Source: Eledone cirrhosa (taxonomy: Eukaryota). Taken from it: DNA of 64,000 nucleotides. The DNA lies in contig OZ024740.1 in NCBI GenBank assembly GCA_964016885.1, positions 222,332,001 to 222,396,000 on the forward strand. The letters run 5' to 3'. Below the pieces are notes generated by a model. That model was not told the DNA's origin. It worked only from the letters and a program-made list of their open reading frames with translations, and did not search any database. This document shows, one piece after another, positions 1-12,290 of the stretch. Position numbers and translations under genes: made by a program. How positions within the stretch are numbered: the first letter of the stretch is position 1; the number at the start of each line of letters is the position of its first letter.

Positions 1-21
1 ATAATAATAATAATAATAATA

Positions 22-209
22 ATTGTTTCTACGTTAGGCACAAGGCCAGCAATTACCCAGTGCATTACTGGTACTTTATTTTATCGACCCCGTAAGGCTG
101 AAAGGCAAAGTTAACCTCAGTGGGATTTGAACTCAGACTGTAAGGGGACGTAACTATGCTAGAAAGCATGGTGCCTGACCGTCTACCGATTCCTCCAATC
201 TACCACCCT
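22..209 (-). mobile_element. tRNA-derived SINE with Deu/Nin-type central domain (family 1), near full length
   Basis: Reverse complement has B box GAGTTCAAATCC, then TTTGCCTTTCAGCCTTACGGGGTCGATAAAATAAAGTACCAG and an (ATT)n tail; >10 homologous copies in the window. Confidence 0.9.
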
Positions 210-834
210 AATAATAATAATAACATTGCATTCGTTTGCAAGCAAACATCATCATTATGCTATGTTTTGTTCCTGATGACCGCCGTCATTCAACAGTAGC
301 AACGAAGAACAGTCAACACGTTTCCAGGTTATCTCCCTTTCTTAAAACTGCTTACCTCTCTGCTACTCGTTTGAACTGTTGAAAATATATAGCATCTTGT
401 AATGTATATATCGTCTGATTAGCGCTATTTGCATATCCAGCGATTTTACAGCTGGCCTTGCCGAAAATTAAAAATAAAATTAGAACTTGATTTTGCGCTC
501 TAAGGTTACATGAATGTAATTATGGATTTTATATCGAATAATAATGATAATATTCGATTCGTGTGGAAGCAAAGAGCCTCATTATGCTATGTTTTGTAAT
601 CATCATTGTGAGAGTGAAAATCAAATTCAAATTTTGTTTTTAATTTTCCGCAAGTCCAACCGTAAAATCGCTCGGTATGCAAATGGGGCTAATAAGCCAA
701 TGTATGCAGAGTTAATAAATTGTTGGGTACAGAGAAATACGTCAGCTCACCCTGTGACAGTGAAATATCACAGAAAGTCATCAGTCTAATAGAAAACAAA
801 CATATGGTGTCCACAAGCAGACTGTATGTCAGGT

Positions 835-1050
835 TTTCATTTTTGACACAGGCTTTGCTGATGTCAATGCAGCAACTCTATTTTCACCAAATATCTCGAA
901 AGACAAGCTCTACTATTGAGTTATATGCTAGAGTAGGTCTCCGGAAGATCTGGCGTAACAAAAGTAACGTTCATGTCCATTAAAGAGGTAGATAAATCCA
1001 AGGTGTTGAGAAGGCCTGTTGTTAACGTTTATTTCCATCACCTTTGAGAT
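835..1050 (+). mobile_element. Very old RTE-like LINE RT remnant
   Basis: Broken frames read DTGFADV and ARVGLR, resembling the RTE D.DFADD and A.RVGL.IN motifs. Confidence 0.35.
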
Positions 1051-2451
1051 GTTGGAAGTATATGAGATAGAAAAATATTTAGCATGGTTAGACGGATTAT
1101 GATTTTTGAGAATGGAACTGACTGTTATAAATTATCAGAATATATCGTTATCTGGCGCGGGCACAGGTGCTAGCTCTGAAGTACATTTTTGTAGCTTGGT
1201 CCCTTTCTTTTTGAAGCGGCAGTACAATTTCGTAGATATTTAGCTGCCATTTCTACGAAATTGAGTAACCACATAGAGGCTTTAACGCCATTACGTTTTA
1301 GCCTTGATCAGCCATGATTCAACAGATCTATTATCAAAGTTATCAGAGTCTTTCAAGTCTTGACCATCCCACCATATGCTTTTTGTATAGCTAGAATTAA
1401 CTTTTCCAATGTGTCCTTGTTTTAAGTTAGTAGGTTGCGATTTGGGTGAATTTGGGTACTATTTTAGCGGACTATTATTCTTATCTAAGCACCCTTATTG
1501 GGCTATGGTGATTAGGGTAAATAAAAGGAGAAACATTCATAATATTAACTCAAGTTCAAACGAATCAATTAATACACTGTAGTACTAACTAAAACACATA
1601 TATTGATCAGCTAGAAAATTAATAAAAGAATACAACATTCGCTTCAATTCTAGCTTACCCCCTCTTTACTTATATATCTTATACAAATTTGCATATCTAT
1701 GCATGTGTCTTCATTGTGTATCTCAATGTTCTATTGTTTAAAATAAGTATTTCAGCTAACCGAAAATGTATAATTCTTACCTATTCGGAGTGCCTGACGT
1801 TTTTCTAAAAAGTCGCAATCCGTGACTTGAAAAGCTTGATTAACTTTTAAGCTATAAATCTCCGATTGAATTCCTACTGTATTTCTTTTTTGCTTTTGTT
1901 CGTGACAGACCCAGGTAGTCACTTAAGGTATTGAAAGATATTGTATATCAGATTACCCATGAAAAAAATAGTTAGAAATTATTACAGCCTATAACTAATT
2001 CGTGTAATATCTGCACAAAAAAGCATTTCCTAACGATTTGTTTTATATTTTTTGTAACACGTTTCTTGTAAAGAGAACTGGATGAATTTGTATAGAATAT
2101 TACAATATCAAGTTATAGAAAATTTCTCAGCAACCTTTACAAGACTTTTATGGTAATATTTTAACAGGCATATATTTTCTTAATAAAAGTATTTAATAAT
2201 ACTGTATTTAACAGGGCGCGTCTATGCTTCCTTCTCTTACAAAATGTAAATCTTATACCAGACGTAAATGGAAAGCAGATCGTTTTATACTCAAACAAAC
2301 AATTTCTGTTAAAAGACATGTTTGTTACAGTCAACGCTGTAAATAGAAAATTAGCAATAAATTATACAGCACACATTATAATGTTAATATAATCATGGCA
2401 TTATAATTATCGTAATATTAATTTGTTTTGTATTGCATTATATGCACGTGT

Positions 2452-2508
2452 GTAAAGTACCAGTAATATCCTTGAATAATTACTGGCCTTGTGCCAAAAG
2501 TAGGAACA
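2452..2508 (+). mobile_element. 5'-truncated family 1 SINE (3' end only) with 15-bp TSD
   Basis: AAAGTACCAG...GGCCTTGTGCCAAAAGTAG flanked by ATTATATGCACGTGT at 2437-2451 and 2509-2523. Confidence 0.85.
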
Positions 2509-2949
2509 ATTATATGCACGTGTATATGGAAGAGACGAAGGATACTTAAGGTACAATATTTGGGGGAAATTAGATCTTTCAATATTTATGGTTAAACAAA
2601 TCCTAAACATTATAAGACGCCGAATATTATTTCAGAGAATACATCACACAAGCGACACTCGTCGTCTACGCGGTAAGAGTTAAGGATATTCCTTTCAAAA
2701 CATCTTTAATGTCAATATTCACGAATGTTGCTGCATTGGTAGCCCCACTTAACCAGATATATTCATGCAAGAGAGTGATATATTTTTATTGATATACGGC
2801 GCATCAACGTTGCAGAAATATTTGACATGCAAAGAAATATCTTTATGGTTGTTCAATACAATTGACGTTCATACAATCAGTATGCATGTTTTTTGTTTCT
2901 GCTGTAACTGCTCGATGTTTAATCCAATTTATTATAAAAATTGAATAAC

Positions 2950-4083
2950 TGTTGAACCTCCCCGGTAGCGTCTATCCTAAGTGTCTGGTGAACAGATGCA
3001 GAGAGATTATCGAGTCTAAGCTAGCTAATGAAAAGTGGTCAGCTCCTTGTTGCCCTGATGTCTCTATACGTATGCCCAAGTATTTGTGTTCGGATAAATA
3101 ATGCTAAATCGAAACCATTCAATGTGTGAGACAGACACCGCCAAGGGTGCGTTCTGCCACCTCTCCTGTTCATTATTTACATGAACAGGATTGACATGCT
3201 CATCTGGGTTGGAAGTGGTATCCTAACTGGTGGGTATTAAATCAGTAGGTTGGAATTTGCATATGACATGGTGCTACTTAACTCGACAGACGGTGATCGA
3301 CTTTCACACGATAAGTTTGATCTCGAGTGCTGAATGGATGGAGTGAAAATCAATGCTGCGAAAACTAAGACGCTCGTCCTCTCATGGGAACCTGCACGGT
3401 GCATTCTAAACTACATGCAATTGGAGTTCCGCTGAAGCAGGTAGAGAAGTTAAAGTATCTCGGGGTCGTGTTCATGATGGAGGGCAGGAGGTTGAATAAA
3501 GTGCAAGAATTACAGGAGCAGGTACATCAATGCGTCAGCTTCAGCATTCTGTAATCAGAAGAAGGGAGTTAGACGTAAAAGCCAAACTCGTTCTTTTCAA
3601 TTCGGTATTCGTGCAAACCTTTGATTATGGTCATTAATATTGAGTAATGAACGAAAGAATACGATCCAAATTACAAGCGGCAGAAATGGGGTTCCTTTGA
3701 AGGGTCTATGGAGTTATGCTACTCGATAGAGGGTGCAGTTTGGCGATTAGAGAGCCACTCCCGGTAGAGCATCTGATTCTCCGAATTGAGAGATCACAGC
3801 TCCGACACTATGAGCATGTGGTTAGAATGTCTCAGGAAATAATCTCTGGATAGATTTTACGGGGGGAAAAAAGGTACAGGAGACCTAGGGGCAAACTCCG
3901 AGCAAGAGCGTCAGATGACATTACTGAGCTTGGGTCATCTCGTTTGGGGATCCATCCGGATTATTTGAAGAGGTTGCTTCTAACAGGACACGCTTGAAGA
4001 GCATTTGAGGAATCTGACACCCACGACCCTCTCAAGAAGAAGAAGAAGAAGAAGAAGAAGAAGAAGAAGAAGAAGAAGAAGAA
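2950..4083 (+). mobile_element. RTE-clade LINE (lineage A), decayed 3' portion of RT with (GAA)n tail
   Basis: Broken frames give RQGCVL, KQVEK.KYLG and RIERSQLR.Y.HVVRM; homologous to 25000-26440 and 16968-17432; (GAA)n at 4035-4083. Confidence 0.9.
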
Positions 4084-4414
4084 TTGTTGCAGATATAATC
4101 ACTTTGCTATACTTTTACGATAATAAACAAAGTTACGCGGTAGGCCTTCTTGAGATTTGGAAAGATGCGGACCACATTAATCACTACCTTCGTATACAGC
4201 TCCCTAGTTTCCAATAGACCTTAATCTCTAATTTAAGAATGTACAATCGTTATTTCAAACTTATTGTGTAGTACACGAATATTTTTACGAGGATTTCCGG
4301 TATTATCGTTTGAAAAATATAGGCCTGACATATTCAACTCCAGGACAGCAGAGCTACATATTATGGTTGGCAATGTTAATGGGTTATTGTTATTGTTAGA
4401 ATGTCATTATTTCG

Positions 4415-4602
4415 GTGCATAGGCAGTATCGGTAGAGGGTCGGACATCATGCTTTCCATCACAGAGTTACGTCCATTTACGGTCTGAGTTCAAATCCCGC
4501 CGAGGTTAACTTTGCCTTTCATGCTCACCGGGCCGATAAAATAAAGTACCAGTAATGCATTGGAATAAATTGCTGGCCTTGTGCCAAAAGTAAAAATAAT
4601 TA
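4415..4602 (+). mobile_element. Family 1 SINE, near full length
   Basis: GGCAGTATCGGTAGAG A-box region, GAGTTCAAATCC, Deu/Nin-type domain and GGCCTTGTGCCAAAAGT end. Confidence 0.9.
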
Positions 4603-5344
4603 TTTCTTTTGCTCGTATTTGTTTCGGGTTCAAATGACACCGGTGTCCACTTTGCTTTTTATTCACATGTGGTCAATGAAATAAGGTGTACCAGTCAAGT
4701 AATAGAAACAATAATTATAAGTAAATGTAGACTCCTGGAAACTAGACACAATGTCTTCCTGTAGTCATACTACTCTACACTCTAAATTCAACCTCTAATA
4801 GAATTGACTTTGTTTTTCCTCCTTTAGATATCAATAAAGAAGTACTGATAATATGATGTTGTCTTGTGCATGTGTGCTAGCTATTTAATTATATATGTAA
4901 TATTATTAGTTATTCAGATATATGCAATATTATGTTATTGTATGTTAGATTATTGAATATATTTTCTATTATTTTTAGTTATACGAAATTGCAACAAACT
5001 TTCTGTTGTACAATGAAAATATATTGAAATTCTAAATTCATTATTCTTTTTCTAGCGGAATAGTTTGTACAATAAACCACTTACATGGTACTATGGAATT
5101 GAATCCTAGCAAACGTTTGCCTTTTGTCTCGTTGTTTCCTATTTACGTCAACGTTGAGACCAATATTGATAAACAATAGTGAAGAAAGATTAACCATAAG
5201 TTTATAAGAATGAAACATATTTGCGAATGAAGTTAAAGAATATCAATAAACGTTTTATTAAATACGGTAAAAATAATTATCATTGAGTAAACAATAAATG
5301 GACTACTGTGTTTTTCAACGTGGGTACTGCAGTTTTCTGTCATC

Positions 5345-5600
5345 GAAACAGCCTACTCGTTAAATTAAGGTGTAAGTAGCAGATGCACAGACACGTTTAC
5401 ATTTGATATAATTCTCAGTGAGCGTCAGCAAAACACAATGTGTGAAAAAACAAACCCTTTTAATTATAACTACAATCCATCTACCGGGCTTCCAAACAGT
5501 CTCCGTCGGCACACTCTCACTCAAAAAGCTTTGGTTGACTCTAGGCTATGACAAGAGGTACTAGTACAAACCCGGACCCTCGTGTTGCTTAAGTCATTCG
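5345..5600. repeat. Old interspersed repeat, probably a SINE (related pieces near 20620-20770 and 32640-33050)
   Basis: Shared degenerate blocks such as ACAATCCATC.AC.GG.TT and T.ATTCTCAG.GA. Confidence 0.4.
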
Positions 5601-6529
5601 GCTATTCATTTATTATTCTTGATTGATACAGATAGAATGCAATGAATACAAAGGCTTTGTTATTGAAAACTCGTGTGATAGTGTAAATAAGTTCATTCCT
5701 CTGTAGAAGAAATTGTCTGTAATAATTTAGTAATGGAGGTATATATCTTTATACGTTCATCTCCAGCTATGTTGCAGTTGGTGAGCAAAAATGTTATTAT
5801 AATATATGTGTATAATTCCAATAAATAACACAAAGTTTCTAAATGAATTCTATTTGGGAAAGTATAAGTAACATTTATCCTACCCATTTGGCTCGCCGAA
5901 TTTAATCTGGTTTGGTTACAGAGGAAGATTTTTACTAGTTGTTAGTGATGCTCAAGTGAAAATATACAAAGAACATGAGTCATATGTACTTTCTTCGTAG
6001 CAAACTAAGATACTGTTTGAATCGTTAAATCAGGAATACATTTTATGGTTGTTAAATAAAAAAAAGCATAAATGCCAAAAAGGATATAGCTGACGTTGTT
6101 TTAATTTAATATAAAAATATACCTGACAGCACATAAATTACAATAAATGTGAAAGGAAATTATGTTTTGTTTGGTAGTTATATGGGTGGGAGAGGGCAAA
6201 GGAAATCAAGTATAGATAAGTAGATTTGTTTATAGAAAAGCAAGATCAGATTCTAAAGTGTGGTAGACAAAGAAAAGACTTTAGTCTAATTTAGATGTTT
6301 TCTGTTTACGTATACGAAGAACGACGTGAGATGGAAATATAACTGTCACTCGTATTACATCTATGAATAATAAGTAAAAACAGAGAAATCCTCAATTTTA
6401 CATTGAATGAATTCGATATATAATCAAATATCAAGGAGTTTCACAAGAGTAGGTTATTTCTTAATTCACAGATACGTTCGGCTGGTAAGATTAGACAAAC
6501 GATTTTCTTATTTTTTTGCATTATAATCG

Positions 6530-6812
6530 TACGTATTCTGTTTCAATCAACGAACAGGCCGTCAACCATTTATAGCTAACAAGGAACACTTAACAGGAAG
6601 CAGAGGCAATTTGAACCAACACTTTCTTTCCTAACATCCTTTCCTAACCTTCTCACACTACTCATACATCCATCTGTCCTCTCCTTCTCCGAACTTTCGT
6701 GAAGAAGGACTTCTATCCGAAACGTTAAACCCTCCTCCAATTCATCCAAGTAGAGGACCTAATATAACTGTGAAAATTTTCTACCTGTGTTTTGCTTTGA
6801 TTCATTTATTAA
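6530..6812 (+). mobile_element. Putative Penelope-like 3' remnant ending at (TA)n, with degenerate hammerhead
   Basis: GTGAAGA-aggacttctatcc-GAAA-cg-TT at about 6699-6726, pyrimidine-rich upstream, abuts (TA)n. Confidence 0.35.
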
Positions 6813-6836
6813 CTATATATATATATTGTTTACACC

Positions 6837-6874
<38 letters not shown>

Positions 6875-6878
<4 letters not shown>

Positions 6879-7490
6879 AAATGACAGGAGGCTGGACTTG
6901 TGTAAATCCTTGAAAGGTTTATTATACTATGATCATTTTAATGACCGGGTTCCGTATGAATCCGGTGATATCATCAGGTATTCGAAATATAATAAATTAA
7001 TGTAGTAGAAAAATCCAAGGGGCTGAAAATCAAAGACCGGAGGACGACCGACCATCTAGTATCTTCTACTTTAGCCGGTCGCCCTCAAGTGCTGGCTATT
7101 CGGTCTACTTGAGGCTATCTGGTGAGGGGGCTAAAGCTTATAGTGTGCTACTACACTCCCGGTCAAATAGAAGAAAAACAGAAAGGGAGAGGAAGATATG
7201 TCAGCGTTAATATCATGCTACAAGAAAAAAGACAGAAAGGAGGGGGAAGAAAGGGAAGAAGAAGAAAAGTCAGCGTTACTGTCGAGCTACAAGAAGAAAG
7301 AGGAAGAAAAGTCCGTATTTATGTCAAGCTACAGTCAGGCTAGGAATGGCGCGAAAAAAATGTATTCTAAAGGACCCGTATCTTAACAGAGGTATATATT
7401 ATAACATAGGTAAATATAGTGGGGGTCTGCATGTTATAATGTGTGAGCAGAAGATTGGAGCGTTACATTTTGTTTAGATTTATAGGATGA
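6875..7490 (-). mobile_element. Putative Penelope-like non-coding 3' remnant with degenerate hammerhead
   Basis: Minus strand reads CTGATGA...GAAC-ccgg-TC at about 6942-6978 (GAAA mutated); 3' end abuts (TA)n 6813-6873. Confidence 0.4.
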
Positions 7491-7824
7491 AGTTATAAAA
7501 ATTTTATATTTAATATTAACATTATAAAATTAAAGAAATTAGAAATGTGAAAATTAAACAGTTTAAAATGTTTAAGGTTTTGGTTGCGAGGTTTCTCCTT
7601 TCTTTTTTTCTTTTTTTTTCTCTGTCCCTTACATATCACCTTCTTCCAACAGTTTAATTTAAATAAACCGTTATCTTTACAATCTTTCAGACACTCATTT
7701 GCATACTCACTCATAACTTTGTATCACCCTCAATAAATGTACTATCTCCATTATCCAAGAAGCTCCAACCGTTAAGGTTGTCTTTTTTCCGGATATGTCA
7801 ATATTTATTCATGAGACAAATGTG

Positions 7825-7890
7825 TATTTTATCTGATGAAAGCGCACCATAATTTGCCTTGGTTGCCATTGAAATAAGTATAATAAAATA
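7825..7890 (+). ncRNA. Type I hammerhead ribozyme motif in a PLE-like 3' end (element about 7500-8021)
   Basis: tattttat-CTGATGA-(gcacca...tggttgc stem II)-GAAA-taagta-TA-ataaaata; 8-bp stem I; downstream tail shares actcca...ctgttgagtgct with the 9895/56797 family. Confidence 0.75.
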
Positions 7891-8021
7891 AATATGGTTT
7901 TATAAATATAGTTTCCATTTATTAATATATTCTGTATTTACTCCACTACTGTTGAGTGCTTTATATAAATAAACAAATTTTTAAGCTTGTTGAATCCAAA
8001 CAAATTAAATATAACCTCTGC

Positions 8022-9058
<1,037 letters not shown>

Positions 9059-9372
9059 TATAAAGAAAAAAAGATGAAATCGAAAATGAAACTTGAGTCT
9101 TATTTAAAAAAATATATATATTTATTTGGTTCCTTTACCGGTTTCGTAGTTCTTCTGTTTTTCAAAAGTAGAGTTGCGATGGAGGGTCTGTGGGTTTTCT
9201 CACACCACAGACCCTCCATCTCAACTCTACTTTTGAAAAGCAGAAGAACTGCGAAACCGGTAAAGGAGCCAAATAAATATATATATTTAAAAAAATATAA
9301 GACTCCAGTTGCATTTTCGATTTCATCTTTTTTTCTTTATACTTTCACTCGTGTAAAAAAACCTCACTTTCT
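9059..9372 (+). mobile_element. Hairpin-plus-tail mini-element in (TA)n (family H1)
   Basis: Inverted arms 9059-9193 and 9205-9341 with a few mismatches; unique tail 9342-9372; (TA)n on both sides. Confidence 0.85.
9230..9265 (+). ncRNA. Minimal type I hammerhead, U3-A8 core variant
   Basis: ctt-TTGAAAA-gcag aagaa ctgc-GAAA-ccgg-TA-aag; palindromic stem III; mirrored on the minus strand at about 9133-9168. Confidence 0.65.
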
Positions 9373-9894
<522 letters not shown>

Positions 9895-9896
<2 letters not shown>

Positions 9897-10325
9897 GGAG
9901 GTGAGTTTTATTGTAGTACAATAAAGCAATGCAGATATCGGATAAGAAGCACTCTACAGTTTGTGGGACTGGAGTATGCATAATATAAGATCAAAAGATG
10001 GTTAAAGGAGTTCAATATATTTTATTATGCGCATTTCAAAAACAAACATCATCAAGCAATAATATTTGTGTTTTCATCAGATAAAACAGGAGAACATGAT
10101 ATGAAGGCTAAAAAAACACTTGTTGATAGTGCAGTTTTAAATCAACATATCAATGATATGTTGATTTAAAACTGCACTATCAACAAGTGTTTTTTTAGCC
10201 TTCATATCATGTTCTCCTGTTTTATCTGATGAAAACACAAATATTATTGCTTGATGATGTTTGTTTTTGAAATGCGCAAATAAAATATATTGAACTCCTT
10301 TAACCATCTTTTGATCTTATATTAT
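9895..10325 (-). mobile_element. Hairpin-plus-tail mini-element in (TA)n (family H2, copy 1)
   Basis: Near-perfect palindrome 9981-10152 / 10154-10325 with a 1-nt centre; tail 9895-9980; homologous to 56797-57172. Confidence 0.9.
10020..10086 (-). ncRNA. Type I hammerhead ribozyme, intact core
   Basis: ttttat-CTGATGA-aaacacaaatattatt gctt gatgatgtttgttttt-GAAA-tgcgca-TA-ataaaa; the mirror copy 10220-10285 (+) lacks the U of the cleavage triplet. Confidence 0.85.
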
Positions 10326-12164
10326 ATATATATATATATATATATAAATATGTGTGTGTGTATAGAAAGATAGATAGGTATATAGTTAGATAGAAGTATA
10401 CATCTATATATATGTATATATGCATAATTATATATATTTAATGTGGAATTATAACTTTCCCTCAGTTCAATTCATATGTATAATGTGTCAGTATTTAAGT
10501 ATGTCTTGAATCATACACACAACCACACGCACGCAGACACTCGCTTTCAAATGTAAAAACAGACGCAGCGCCTTCCACATGCTCAATCGTTTTGTATCCC
10601 ATCTTTCAGTTGATCTTTAAGAAATTATTTGTTATTCATCTATCTATCGTTCATCATATATCTTATCTTGTTTCACCTCTAGCCAGTTGTTTTCTTGGTG
10701 AAAAGCCAATAGCCTCTACATCGAATCTTTAAATAAGGAAATGGTGTTCCTGGAATTCAAAAAGAAAGAAACGGTATATGATTGTAACTACTGCCGAGAT
10801 AGGCACAGCTTGATTAAGGTTGTCTATTTATCATATATCACTTGGTTTTCTTTCAAGTGAGCATACAAAGACCCTAGATCGCTCTTGTAGTGATAGCCGC
10901 AAACCACGCGCTTCTTTGATTTTATAAGTAACTTATCAATAAAAGTTCCCCAACAATCCGTTTACATTGACATCGTAGTTGTATCAACCATATTGACAGC
11001 AACTTCAAACACATTTGTTACTCACCTCTGATGCTTAACTCTCACGTTTTATCCTCATATATAAAAGCATTACTTATAGAATTACCAGGAATAATTTTAC
11101 ATTGATTTTTTTTTATCTACTTCTGTGCTTCAATTTATCTATAAATTTAATTAATTTCAATTGTCACATGGGTTGTTCGTGAGTTGCGTTAAATACTAAT
11201 CTGATAAAATAAATTTTACGTGCTATTTGTCACGCAGTTTCAATTATATGAGATGTGATAATATAGAACAAAATATAAATGTTCTTATGCTTCAGAATAG
11301 GTGATTCTCATAATACTTAACACTTTGGGTAGCAGGAGAATTTTTGACGGCTTCGTATTCATATAGTATATCTAACGTATATTTGCACGGTGGAATCCAT
11401 TCCTTTCTACAGATCACCCTCTTCGGTGGTTGCATTCAAAACATCTATGTAAGGAAATATTCATGAGTTGCTTCTACCTAAACCTGTACGTACATATTTA
11501 AACTCATCGCAGATAGTAGAATATAAGTCGATGCGGAATTTCGCTTAAGCCTTTGACTCTTCAATAAATGGTGCTTTGTTTTCCGTGAATACTGTTTGCC
11601 TCTTCGCTTGCTTTTGAATTTAGATATTAATTGCACGTAGCTGAAATAATCCCAAACATTTTCAATACAGTCTTACAGCATTTTGGAATAAGAGATACCA
11701 TAAAAATGTATTTCTACAATCTGTCTTACAGATATATTCGTGTTTATATATAGTAAAGAGATGAACCGCTGCATACATATCTCCATTCTGATTGATTGGA
11801 AGCATCTATGCAGCATCTAATAGCCGGTTGATATATAACTATGATATATGATTTCCAAATGTGAAAGACGTTTATATATAAATCAACATGATTATGTTAC
11901 AATGGATGAAACATTTAGAAATTAATTTCAAGGAACTCTATTTAAAGTATATTTTTAATATCCTCACAAATGATTCCATAAGTTTGCAGTCTCATTTGTG
12001 ACAGCCGACAGTCAATCCTTGCTACCAAATTTTAAAACGTTAGTTACCACTGTCGCTCTTAAATACGCATTATTTAATCATAATAAAAATGGACTCTTGT
12101 TTCATAATATTCCTCATATATTAGCATCAAGCTGTTATCCGGAATATGCACTTACCATTCTTAT

Positions 12165-12290
12165 TTCTTAAACGTTCCTTGTACAGGAAGGATTCATCTG
12201 TTCCATACATTACATTAGAAATACCACACTTTGTAAAGGATTTCATTACCATTTCCACTATGAGTATTTCCCATGCCAGACCTACCAATG
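12165..12290 (-). pseudogene. pogo/Tigger-type transposase C-terminal remnant
   Basis: Translates LVGLAWEILIVEMVMKSFTKCGISNVMYGTDESFLY, matching the pogo AW...I.KSFKKCGIS..LDG.ED signature. Confidence 0.75.

Noticed and set aside
212-600. Diverged duplication of about 55 bp (212-270 versus 541-598)
   Set aside because: Real but short and low complexity; no functional signal.
4005-4217. Poly-Arg ORF (also 26259-26456)
   Set aside because: Read-through of the RTE (GAA)n tail.
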